This document shows, in pieces, positions 9,517 through 18,820 of a stretch of DNA of 64,000 nt. How positions within the stretch are numbered: position 1 is the stretch's first letter; every line of letters starts with the position of its first letter. The translations under genes and the position numbers were made by a program. Under the pieces are notes generated by a model. The model saw only the letters and a list, made by a program, of their open reading frames with translations. It had not been told where the DNA came from and made no database searches. Source of the stretch: Nitrospirota bacterium (GTDB lineage: Bacteria; Nitrospirota; Thermodesulfovibrionia; UBA6902); assembly GCA_016222905.1 (NCBI GenBank), contig JACRPZ010000002.1:5874-69873 (forward strand). The letters are read 5' to 3'.

Positions 9517-9546
9517 TTGAAACTATATTCATTTATCTTGTATCAT
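9517..9546 (+). promoter_or_regulatory. Candidate sigma70-type promoter (TTGAAA-18 nt-TATCAT) for the Lon-related protease gene.
   Basis: Hexamers with 18-nt spacing lie ~35 nt upstream of the ATG at 9581. A GGGGG SD-like element sits just 5' of the start. Confidence 0.3.
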
Positions 9547-9580
9547 GCAACATACGATTCTACATATACGGGGGTAATCT

Positions 9581-12007
9581 ATGCTGAGAAAAGTCGCAAA
9601 TAAAGAATTATATCACTGCTGTGAACCTTCTGAGTTTTCTTTCAAAACAACAGACGAGATCGAGCCTTTAAAAGAGACTATCGGCCAGTCAAGAGCTCTG
9701 AGCGCCCTTGACTTCGGGCTCGGCATCGAAAGCCACGGATTTAACATCTATATACTCGGCGAGAGCGGCACCGGCAAGATGACGACCATCAAGGCAATCC
9801 TTCAGGAGAAGGCGAAAGATGAACCGACCCCTGATGACTGGTGTTATGTATATAACTTTAAAAATCCAGATGAACCGAAAGCTCTGAGCCTGCCTCCGGG
9901 AACCGGCGCCAGCTTCCAGAAGGACATGAATGAAATGATAGGGGTCCTCCGCAAGGAGATCCCAAAGATATTTGAATCAAAAGAGTATGAAAAGCAGCGG
10001 GCAAAGATCTTTGAAGAATTCCAGCATAAGCAGAAGGACCTCTTTGCAGAACTTGAGAAGGAGACTAAAGAGAAGGACTTTATGCTGAAAAAGACCGCTA
10101 CAGGCCTCACTCTCGGCCCGGTCAAAACGACAGGAGAGCCCCTGAGCGAAGAAGAATATGAAAAACTGGATGCTCCTGCAAAAAAGAAGATAGAGAAGAT
10201 AGGTAAGGAACTTCAGGAAAAGCTCGATGATGCAATACGGCATGTCAGGGAAGAAGATAAAAATGTCAAAAACAGGTTGAGCGAGCTTGAGCGCCAGGTC
10301 GCGCTCTCTTCCGTAGGACATGGGATAGATGAATTGAAAAATAAATACAAAGACAATTCTGCCGTGCTGAATTATCTTGAAGAGGTAAAGGAAGATATAC
10401 TCGAAAACCTTGAGGACTTCAAGCCGCAGGAAGAACAGCCGGCAGCCTTTCCTTTTCTTAAACCTTCGAAGACAGACTCAGGTTTTAGCAAATACGTGGT
10501 GAACATCTTTGTGAACAACAGGGAGCTTAAGGGCGCCCCTGTTGTGGTGGAGAGCAACCCGAATTATTTTAATGTCTTCGGAAGGATTGAGCACAAAGTG
10601 CAGTACGGTGTTGCCGTGACGGACTTCAGCATGATAAAAGCAGGGTCCCTCCAGAGGGCAAACGGCGGATATCTCGTTATTGACGCCTTTGAGATGCTTA
10701 AGAACATATTTGTTTACGACGCCCTCAAGAGATCAATAAAGGACAGAGAGATAAAGATTGAGGATGTCTGGGAGCAGTACCGGCTGATCTCAACCATCAC
10801 CCTGAAGCCTGAGGCGATACCATTCGACGTTAAGATCGTGCTGGTCGGCAACCCGCGCCTCTATTACATGCTCTACAACCTCGATGAGGAGTACAGGGAG
10901 CTCTTTAAGGTGAAGGCTGATTTTGAAAACCGCATGGACAGAAGCAAAGAGAATATCAGCAAATATGCGAGCTTCGTCAAGACAAAATGCGATAAGATCG
11001 GGCTTCGGCCTTTTGACCGGGATGCTGTTGCAAAGGTTGTTGAGTATGGCTCAAGGCTTGCGGAGCACCAGAATAAACTCTCAGCCAAATTTATAGAGAT
11101 AGCGGACCTTCTCAGAGAGGCGGACCATTGGGCGAAACGCGATAAGGGCAAGATAGTCACAGCGGAATATATTGAGAAGGCGCTTAAGGAGAAGGAATAC
11201 CGCTCCAATAAAGTTGAAAAGAAGATACTCGAAGCTGTCAAAGAAGGAACGATACTCGTTGACACGCATGGAGCAGTAGTAGGACAGATCAACGGCCTCT
11301 CAGTGCTTGATCTCGGAGACCGCAGTTTCGGTATGCCTTCAAGGATAACAGCAAGGACATACGCGGGCAAAGCCGGCATTGTCAATATTGAGAGAGAGAC
11401 AAAGATGAGCGGAAAGATACATGAGAAAGCCATATTGATACTCACCGCTTATCTCGGAGGGAAATATGCCTCCAAAACCCCGCTGAGCCTGACCGCGTCC
11501 CTGACATTTGAACAGCTTTACGGCGGGGTTGAAGGAGACAGCGCCACATGCGCTGAGGTTTATACCCTCCTTAGCAGCATAGCGGGCGTGCCTTTAAAGC
11601 AGTCTTTTGCCGTAACAGGTTCCATGAACCAGCACGGAGATGTCCAGCCCATTGGAGGGGTGAATGAAAAGATAGAGGGCTTCTTTGAGGTCTGCAAGCT
11701 CAATGGCCTTAACAATAACCATGGAGTTATTATCCCTTCAAAGAACCTGATCCACCTTATGCTGAAGAGCGAGGTGATCGAAGCTGTTGCAGCCAAGAAG
11801 TTCAACATATACTCCATTGAGAAGATTGAAGACGGCATAGAGCCTCTCACCGGAATGCCTGCCGGAGAAATACAGCCTGACGGGACATATCCTGAAGGAA
11901 CATTTAATTTCCTTGTTGCAAAGAAGCTGGAAGAGTTCTACAAGGCTTTTAAGGATAAAAAAGACGAGAACGGAGAGAAGAATAATAAAAAGAAGAACGA
12001 GGATTAA
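9581..12007 (+). CDS. Lon-related ATP-dependent protease (AAA+ ATPase N-terminal region, coiled-coil insert, C-terminal Lon S16 Ser-Lys protease domain).
   Basis: Walker A 'GESGTGKMTT'. Long charged coiled-coil region (aa ~130-290). C-terminal 'VTGSMNQHGDVQPIGGVNEKIEGFF' matches the Lon proteolytic domain (catalytic Ser in G-S-M and downstream Lys). 808 aa. Confidence 0.8.
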   Translation: MLRKVANKELYHCCEPSEFSFKTTDEIEPLKETIGQSRALSALDFGLGIESHGFNIYILGESGTGKMTTIKAILQEKAKDEPTPDDWCYVYNFKNPDEPKALSLPPGTGASFQKDMNEMIGVLRKEIPKIFESKEYEKQRAKIFEEFQHKQKDLFAELEKETKEKDFMLKKTATGLTLGPVKTTGEPLSEEEYEKLDAPAKKKIEKIGKELQEKLDDAIRHVREEDKNVKNRLSELERQVALSSVGHGIDELKNKYKDNSAVLNYLEEVKEDILENLEDFKPQEEQPAAFPFLKPSKTDSGFSKYVVNIFVNNRELKGAPVVVESNPNYFNVFGRIEHKVQYGVAVTDFSMIKAGSLQRANGGYLVIDAFEMLKNIFVYDALKRSIKDREIKIEDVWEQYRLISTITLKPEAIPFDVKIVLVGNPRLYYMLYNLDEEYRELFKVKADFENRMDRSKENISKYASFVKTKCDKIGLRPFDRDAVAKVVEYGSRLAEHQNKLSAKFIEIADLLREADHWAKRDKGKIVTAEYIEKALKEKEYRSNKVEKKILEAVKEGTILVDTHGAVVGQINGLSVLDLGDRSFGMPSRITARTYAGKAGIVNIERETKMSGKIHEKAILILTAYLGGKYASKTPLSLTASLTFEQLYGGVEGDSATCAEVYTLLSSIAGVPLKQSFAVTGSMNQHGDVQPIGGVNEKIEGFFEVCKLNGLNNNHGVIIPSKNLIHLMLKSEVIEAVAAKKFNIYSIEKIEDGIEPLTGMPAGEIQPDGTYPEGTFNFLVAKKLEEFYKAFKDKKDENGEKNNKKKNED

Positions 12008-12052
12008 CCGGCTGTCTAATAATTTCTTGTAACTATAGTCAGGCTTTAACTA

Positions 12053-12337
12053 TCACTCATGAAAAATTGCACAGATGGTGCGCGTTAACAAGTTAGTCTG
12101 ACCCCATATCAATACATTCTTGTTTGTTGAAAGAATTCCCTCAAGCTTCCCGATCAATCTCTTATCAAGCTCAATTGCGATGACCTTTTTAGCGGAGAGC
12201 GAGAGAAACCTTGTCAGCGTGCCTAACCCCGGGCCTATTTCAACAACCGTATCATCCGGTGTCACCCCGCTGCACTTGATGATTTTCTTGAGTATGTTAG
12301 GGTCAAAAAGAAAATGCTGTCCGAATGGGCGTTTCAT
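12053..12337 (-). pseudogene. rsmA: 5' fragment (94 codons) of 16S rRNA (adenine1518/1519-N6)-dimethyltransferase RsmA/KsgA, with the C-terminal ~170 codons missing.
   Basis: 'MKRPFGQHFLFDPNILKKIIKCSGVTPDDTVVEIGPGLGTLTRFLSLSAKKVIAIELDKRLIGKL' aligns with the KsgA N-terminus (FGQNFL..., VEIGPGLG SAM motif, IELD). Similarity ends near 'NVLIWG', where GDALKFD would be expected; the ORF then runs into unrelated sequence and stops. Its start codon directly abuts the res stop codon. Confidence 0.7.
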
Positions 12338-14977
12338 TTAAGTCAATTCAGAAACCGACGATATCGGTCCTTTGAACTTTACATCATCAAACTTTTCGAA
12401 GTGCGCTTTGCCGCAATCAATCTTCATTCGCTCACTTGGTCTCAGCTCCTGTCCTTCGCCTTTTGTTTCCGCAACGAAATATATCTTCTTTTCTCCCTTA
12501 AAAACTATAGCCCAATCCGGGTTATATGTGCCTACGGGCGTATTTATCCTGAACCAAAAAGGAAGTTTAAAGTAGAACTCGATATTTTCACTGCTCTCAC
12601 AATCTTTGGCAAACTTATTTTCCACAGATGAATCAAGAGGTATATAGTTTTTATAAATGGATTTCTCCTGGTTGTTTACCACGAAGGTAAATTGATCAAG
12701 GTATATTTCCAGCTCGTTGTCTTCAAATAACTTCATTTCATAAATCTTATCGCCAATCTTTTCGTACTTAATTCCGTCTACCATTAACTCATACAGCACC
12801 GATTTTATGGCGACAACTGCATTATCCATAAAGAGTTGCGGATTGAGCAGAAGCTCCTCTAATCTTCCAGATCGTTTGAGAATTTCTAATATGGTGTGCC
12901 GGGTGAGTTCGGTCTTTGACTGGACATAAACCAGCATATCAGGTATTTCAAATCTGATGCCATAATCGTCATCAATGCTGTCGCTTATCAACTGTCCGTC
13001 AACGCCTTCTTGAGTTATCATAACCCTTTTCTTTGTTGACTTAATGGTCGGCTTTTTTGTTTCAGGCATATTCTTCACTGCCTTTGCAGACATGACAATC
13101 AAGTCATCTGTTTTGTAATCAACGCTGTATCGCGTGTGGAATTTTATCTTTTCCCAAATCTGCAGGAATTTCGGGTCAGCCGCAAACCCTTTTCGCAAAC
13201 TGACTTTTTGCCTGTCGCCTCGATTCTTTACCCTGCCTGTGAAGTCCACTCCGCAATCTTCCTGTATTTCATTCTGTAATGCCTTGGCGAAATCTTCATA
13301 ACGTTCATTGGCTACTACTGTCAGCTTGTTGATGTTGCGGTCAAATATACGTTCTCCGTTTTGATTTACGGATAAGCGTAAACCCCTTCCTATTTCTTGC
13401 CTCTTTTTGATCTCCGATTTAGTTTCGTTCAAGGTGCATATTTGAAACACATTCGGGCTATCCCATCCTTCCCGTAATGCGGAGTGGCTGAATATAAAGC
13501 GGAGCGGGGTATCAAGTGCAAGCAGTTTCTCTTTGTCCTGCATGATAAGTTTATAGGTGCCATAATCCGCCAGACTCTCTCCTTCGGTATCTTTCACTCT
13601 GCCCTTGCTGTCCTGTGAGAAATAACCGTTATGAAGCACATCAGCAGTATATGGCAACACGCTTTTGAACGCGGGTTTGGCAATCTCTTGCTGATATATA
13701 TCCTCAAACCACCCGGCAAACTTTCCTTTTACAGGAATCCCGTTCGCGTCGTATTCACGGTAGTTCCTGACCTTGTCAATGAAAAACAGAGACAGCACTT
13801 TAATCCCTTTGCCTTTGTAAGTTCTCTCCTTTTTGAGATGTTCCTCAACGGTTTTACGAATCATATATTTCATTATCTCATCATTCATTCCACCCTGCGT
13901 TTCGCCTACTGATAGCATGGAACCATTAGTGAGAGTGATTGTGCCGTTGCCCGCGTCTATTTCGTCAATAATAAAGCCTTCTTTGTAAATCTCCCTCTCT
14001 TTGCTGAGCTTGTAAATATCATCACCGGCCTTAACGCTGACAGATTTTTTGAACACTCCCTTATCTGTATTGCAATCAATATTGATTTTCGCCGCGATTT
14101 TTGTTTTGGTTGTATTTATCTTCTCCAACTGAATGAATGCCTCATTCATGGCATTCTCGCTTATTACAGAGTCAACCTCTATCTGCTTCACAAGCCCTAA
14201 ATCATATGCCTTTACCGGGTTGAGTGAATACACAAGGTTGTAAAGGTTAGTATGTGTGGCGGAATAGCGAAGAGTACAAAGGGGATTGAGATTTGCAATA
14301 GCCTTTTTGCGTATCTCCGTCTCCATATTCTGCGGCTCATCCACAATTACAATCGGGGTGACTCCTTTAATGAATTCAATGGGTCTCCTGCCTGTGAGCT
14401 TGTCATTGGGCTTATTAATGATGTTTTCATCTTTGGCAAATGCATCAATGTTTAGGACCAATATCTGAATTGCGTTATTGCAGGCAAAACCACGAAGGCT
14501 TGAAACCTTCTTGCTGTCATACACATCGTAATTTATCTGCGTCTTGTCATAAAGGCTCTGAAAATGCTCATGTGTGATTTGCAGGTTTTTCAAAACCCCT
14601 TCACGAATGGCGATTGACGGGACTACAATCACAAACTTTTTAAAGCCGTAGAGTTTATTCAGTTCATAGATAGTCCGCAAATACACATAAGTCTTCCCCG
14701 TGCCCGTCTCCATCTCTACAGAAAAATTCATCCCCTGCAATTCCGTGCGCTCACTCTTTATTTCGTTGCGTTGCTGTATACTCTTTATATTCTCCCAAAT
14801 CTGCTCATCCGTCAGCATCAGCTTATTCCCAACACCATTCTCAGAAAGGAATGCGCCCATAGCGGACAGCGAGAACTCAAAGTCTCCGCCGCTCAAAGGC
14901 TGCCCTTCAAATATATCGGTAACAGCCCTGATAGCCTCTATCTGGTATTCCTGATTGCTGTCAAAGTGAAATTTCAT
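12338..14977 (-). CDS. res: Type III restriction endonuclease, Res subunit (SF2 helicase-like).
   Basis: 879 aa; N-terminal 'FDSNQEYQIEAIRAVTDIF', Walker A 'METGTGKTYV', DEAH-like 'VIVDEPQN' and 'LRYSATH' motifs typical of Type III Res. Confidence 0.85.
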   Translation of the reverse strand: MKFHFDSNQEYQIEAIRAVTDIFEGQPLSGGDFEFSLSAMGAFLSENGVGNKLMLTDEQIWENIKSIQQRNEIKSERTELQGMNFSVEMETGTGKTYVYLRTIYELNKLYGFKKFVIVVPSIAIREGVLKNLQITHEHFQSLYDKTQINYDVYDSKKVSSLRGFACNNAIQILVLNIDAFAKDENIINKPNDKLTGRRPIEFIKGVTPIVIVDEPQNMETEIRKKAIANLNPLCTLRYSATHTNLYNLVYSLNPVKAYDLGLVKQIEVDSVISENAMNEAFIQLEKINTTKTKIAAKINIDCNTDKGVFKKSVSVKAGDDIYKLSKEREIYKEGFIIDEIDAGNGTITLTNGSMLSVGETQGGMNDEIMKYMIRKTVEEHLKKERTYKGKGIKVLSLFFIDKVRNYREYDANGIPVKGKFAGWFEDIYQQEIAKPAFKSVLPYTADVLHNGYFSQDSKGRVKDTEGESLADYGTYKLIMQDKEKLLALDTPLRFIFSHSALREGWDSPNVFQICTLNETKSEIKKRQEIGRGLRLSVNQNGERIFDRNINKLTVVANERYEDFAKALQNEIQEDCGVDFTGRVKNRGDRQKVSLRKGFAADPKFLQIWEKIKFHTRYSVDYKTDDLIVMSAKAVKNMPETKKPTIKSTKKRVMITQEGVDGQLISDSIDDDYGIRFEIPDMLVYVQSKTELTRHTILEILKRSGRLEELLLNPQLFMDNAVVAIKSVLYELMVDGIKYEKIGDKIYEMKLFEDNELEIYLDQFTFVVNNQEKSIYKNYIPLDSSVENKFAKDCESSENIEFYFKLPFWFRINTPVGTYNPDWAIVFKGEKKIYFVAETKGEGQELRPSERMKIDCGKAHFEKFDDVKFKGPISSVSELT

Positions 14978-15130
14978 GGGATTTTCTCGGCTAAATCAAA
15001 TAACCATCAAATAAGAAGCCGGATTTAGACTGGCAACACTTCCTTTGTTATCATAGAGTTATGAGCTCTACTAAAATGTAAGCTCTCCCTTTCTCAAGTT
15101 CTTGTCAAATGACCGTCAAATAAGAACAAG

Positions 15131-16597
15131 TCATGCCCAAAACGGCACATATTTTGAATATTTTTTTGACATGTGGTCTTCGTATGACTTAATAAGTCCT
15201 TTGGCAATGGTTTCTTTAATGATGCGTGATGCGATGGCGCTGTTTCTTTCCTCTATTCCAAAGCGTTCCCGTAAACTAGCGTTTGTCATAACTTCTCGTT
15301 TGACGTGCTTTAGACAAGAATGCAGGTAACATGCTCTGATCCTATCTTCTTTCGACATGTCCTTTAATGGCTTATGTGAGAATAAAACGGCACTCGTATG
15401 CTCATCGGTTACTTCAAAGGATGGAGCAGGCAATTGGTAAAATTCAGTTTGAAAAACAACTTTGTCCACGCCGCTGCCGCGTTCTTCGCACACCCCGACT
15501 CTTCTCATAAATGACGCTAGTGCTTCATTTCTGGATTTAGGCGGACTATCAAGAAAACGTTCGGTTTTAACGAGAGGCACGCCAGGGTTGGTAATCTCCA
15601 TGCGATCCGAGAATATTTCAACCATAGGGCCTGTACCACGGATGAAAAAATCTTGATGAATGAGGGCATTTGCCACAAGTTCACGAACTGCTATTTCAGG
15701 ATACATCGGCACTTTCTTGCGTAATGCTTTCTCGATAACTTCATTGACAGGCAAAAGGTTGTTGATAAAACCGATTAATCCTTCGAACCCGGATGCATAA
15801 CCTCTTGTCCCGACCTGCTCCCGAAGCGTTTCGTGTCGACTATTGTCTTTATATACTATTACTCGCGCAGCTTTGCGTTTCAGATGTTTAAAATCATCCA
15901 GCCGCTTGGCGAACAGTATCGCGCCCAAATTTGTAATATTCCATCCTCCAGCAGAACAGACCGAAATCATATCATCATTCAACAGCCTCTGCAGAATACC
16001 GCTTCGATCCTCTGGCAACCCAAGACCGAGCAAATCAAAGTAGGAGGGATAATCAAGAAGTTTCAGGACATCTTCATCAGATATATGTTCGGTTGTTGGT
16101 AAATCCTCAAAAGGAATCTGATCGAAAATTCGCCAAAGCTCTCTCTCTTTTTCGGGAAAGTCTTTCAGTCTTTTTTTGTAGGAACCGATCCTGATAAACT
16201 CATGCCCCTGAAACTGCACCGGCTTGTTCGATGCCCGTGCTATTTCAAGCAACACAACAGGAACAGAATTTACATCAAATTCATAAAAGTGGAAATGTAT
16301 CCGTGGAGAAAGAAGTCTCAATAGCCAATTTTCCAGTTCTTCGTTGCCTTTCTTCAGCGCACCTGGCTTAAATGTCGTGCCGGTAATATCGCACGTATCG
16401 TTTTGAACACCCCATACTAAATAAGCCGATGCTTTGCCTGATAGAGCTGCTGAATTACTTAGAGCAGAAATGTATTCCCCGATTTCCTGTGGATCTTCAT
16501 AATTCAATTTAAATTCTACCCATTCAGTTTCTTTAGGTAGGGTACACAGTTCCCTTAGAAGACCTCTCAGATACTCTGTTGTCCGATCGACGGTCAT
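15131..16597 (-). CDS. AlbA_2 (divergent AAA/Schlafen-like) plus HATPase_c_4 domain protein (often mis-annotated 'RecG-like'), nested between mod and res.
   Basis: N-terminal 'ETEWVEFKLNY...ISALSNSAALSGKASAYLVWGV' (AlbA_2 signature). C-terminal 'ELVANALIHQDF...GTGPMVEIFSDRMEITNPG' (HATPase_c_4). Its start overlaps the mod stop (ATGA). Confidence 0.7.
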   Translation of the reverse strand: MTVDRTTEYLRGLLRELCTLPKETEWVEFKLNYEDPQEIGEYISALSNSAALSGKASAYLVWGVQNDTCDITGTTFKPGALKKGNEELENWLLRLLSPRIHFHFYEFDVNSVPVVLLEIARASNKPVQFQGHEFIRIGSYKKRLKDFPEKERELWRIFDQIPFEDLPTTEHISDEDVLKLLDYPSYFDLLGLGLPEDRSGILQRLLNDDMISVCSAGGWNITNLGAILFAKRLDDFKHLKRKAARVIVYKDNSRHETLREQVGTRGYASGFEGLIGFINNLLPVNEVIEKALRKKVPMYPEIAVRELVANALIHQDFFIRGTGPMVEIFSDRMEITNPGVPLVKTERFLDSPPKSRNEALASFMRRVGVCEERGSGVDKVVFQTEFYQLPAPSFEVTDEHTSAVLFSHKPLKDMSKEDRIRACYLHSCLKHVKREVMTNASLRERFGIEERNSAIASRIIKETIAKGLIKSYEDHMSKKYSKYVPFWA

Positions 16598-18555
16598 ATG
16601 GTTTTAAAATCAACCCCTGCATCGCGCATCTGCAGTACAGTATTGGTTTTAAGTTGATCGTTGCCTGTGAACAGGCTATCAAGGGTGATGACCTTTTGCG
16701 GTTTGTCGGCGATGATTTGCTTTATCAGTTTTTCATTCAGTGCGTCTAAGGCAATGATGAGTTCGTTATTGTTGATGCTGTAATAACCGATAGCCTCTTT
16801 GCTTTTGCTTAGTGGGATATGCTGGACAGAACTGGTAAGTTCGTAACCTGCCTTGAGCATCAGTTCATACAGCATATTTTGCTTCTCGGCTCCGGGACGG
16901 ATGGGATCGGTGAAAGCGTCTAACTGCTCTACTAATTTTTCAGCGCTGTCTATTTCAGCGCCTCTCCAGATTTTGAAACTGGATGATGAAAGCTTGAAGA
17001 CCTTGAAGCCTAAATCCAGCTTGTTATCATTGCTGTATTTTTTTGTCATTCCCGCAGTCTGTAAGCGGGAATCCAGTTCCTTATCCTTAAAAAGACCTTC
17101 TGGATTCCCGTTTTCACGGGAATGACCATCTACGGTATTTCCCTGAATTTTATTAATCACCCTGCGGATGCGTTCCTTCCCTATATCGGCTATGGTTTTG
17201 TAACCTGCCTTGTATGCTTCGCTGTTTTCATCACAAGGTTCAGGCATTTGCACTAAAATAAATTTACGATTGCAGCCGTCTTCTTTGTTGAGTTCTAAAA
17301 CGGCATGGGCTGTGGTGGCAGAACCGCCGAAAAAATCTAGAATAATATCATGTTGATTATTTGATGATCCTTGTTCTAATACTTGCTGCAAAAGTTCTTT
17401 GGGTTTAGGAAAATCAAAATATTCTTTTTCATCAAATAACGTTCTTAGTTCTCTCGTTCCTTGAGTATTAAATACTGTTTCAAGTATCGTTGAAAACCCG
17501 GTGAAATCACTCTCCAAATCATTTAAGAATTTCTTTCTGCGAGGTCTTCCATCTTGTTTAGATGGGAATAAGATTTCATTGTTCTTAATTAATTCCTTCA
17601 TCCGTTTCGGTTCATACCGCCATCCCGTTGGAGGGCATTTGTATATTATTCCTGTTTTAGGGTCTTCAAGATCGTAATGAAGATTTGGACGTTGGTCTTG
17701 TGTTGCTAAGCCTGTCATATCTGCGCTCATCCAATTTCCGCGTGAATCATTATCGGGATTGGAATACTTGGTTAAATCTTTTTCGGCCCCTCTTATTAAT
17801 CCCCTATCTGTCTTGCGATAACATAAAAGATATTCATGATCAACCGATGCTCCATTTTTAGAGCGGCTATCCACATTCTGTCGCCTTTTCCAAATAAAGC
17901 ACGCCACAAAATTCTCCTCCCCAAATATCTCATTCATCACCATCCGAAGGTTATGAACCTCATTATCATCAATGTGAACGAAGATAACGCCGTCATCACG
18001 CAGGAGATTTTTTGCAAGAAACAAGCGGGGATACATCATACTGAGCCAGTTGCTGTGATAGTGGCCACTGTCTTTGCTGTTCTTGCGGAACAGACCTTCT
18101 TTCATCAGAAAGCCTTCTTCGTCCTTATCGCCGATGCGCTTCAGGTAATCCTCTTTCTTCTCGCTGAATCTGTCGGGGTAAATAAAGCTGTCACTTCCTG
18201 TATTGTATGGCGGGTCTATGCAAACTACTTTGACTTTACCGTAATATGCTTTCTGAAAAACCTTCAGCACTTCCAGATTTTCGCCTTCGATAAAGAGGTT
18301 TTCCGTTGTGTCAAAGTTAACGGATTCTTCCGGCGCGGGTTTCAATGTGGCTGTGGTAGGCTGCTGCAGAACTCTAAAGGCATCGCTCTTGCCAGCCCAA
18401 TTCAATACATAGCGTTCATTGACAAAATTGATGTCATCGCCAAAAGCAGCTTTCAGTTTTTCCCAATCCAGTTGGTTCTCTGCAAAGAGTTCGGGGAAAA
18501 GCTCTTTCAGCTTCTGCAGTTTGTTCTGCTTAATATCTTTTGACTCTCCGTCCAT
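16594..18555 (-). CDS. mod: Type III restriction-modification methyltransferase, Mod subunit (N6-adenine, beta class).
   Basis: 653 aa; 'VVCIDPPYNTGSDSFIYPDRF' (motif IV DPPY) and a downstream SAM-binding region. First gene of the minus-strand mod-X-res operon. Confidence 0.85.
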   Translation of the reverse strand: MDGESKDIKQNKLQKLKELFPELFAENQLDWEKLKAAFGDDINFVNERYVLNWAGKSDAFRVLQQPTTATLKPAPEESVNFDTTENLFIEGENLEVLKVFQKAYYGKVKVVCIDPPYNTGSDSFIYPDRFSEKKEDYLKRIGDKDEEGFLMKEGLFRKNSKDSGHYHSNWLSMMYPRLFLAKNLLRDDGVIFVHIDDNEVHNLRMVMNEIFGEENFVACFIWKRRQNVDSRSKNGASVDHEYLLCYRKTDRGLIRGAEKDLTKYSNPDNDSRGNWMSADMTGLATQDQRPNLHYDLEDPKTGIIYKCPPTGWRYEPKRMKELIKNNEILFPSKQDGRPRRKKFLNDLESDFTGFSTILETVFNTQGTRELRTLFDEKEYFDFPKPKELLQQVLEQGSSNNQHDIILDFFGGSATTAHAVLELNKEDGCNRKFILVQMPEPCDENSEAYKAGYKTIADIGKERIRRVINKIQGNTVDGHSRENGNPEGLFKDKELDSRLQTAGMTKKYSNDNKLDLGFKVFKLSSSSFKIWRGAEIDSAEKLVEQLDAFTDPIRPGAEKQNMLYELMLKAGYELTSSVQHIPLSKSKEAIGYYSINNNELIIALDALNEKLIKQIIADKPQKVITLDSLFTGNDQLKTNTVLQMRDAGVDFKTI

Positions 18556-18820
18556 TTATTGCCCAGTTTATCCAATAGTTAAGATATTCCATTTTACCTT
18601 TAAAACAATTATATGGGCAAGGAGAATAAGTTTACGAGATATACCGATTTAGAAACGTACGCTTTTCGTATTTTAATTGTTCTGCCCTTTTAATCGTTAA
18701 TGCCTGCTACTAAAGCTCAATTCCAATATACCATCGCTTTGTAAAGGGTTACGCTGCCTACCATCTCCTGTCAGGCGACATTAAAGATTATTCTGAAGTC
18801 CAGATGTTAAAATCTTAATC

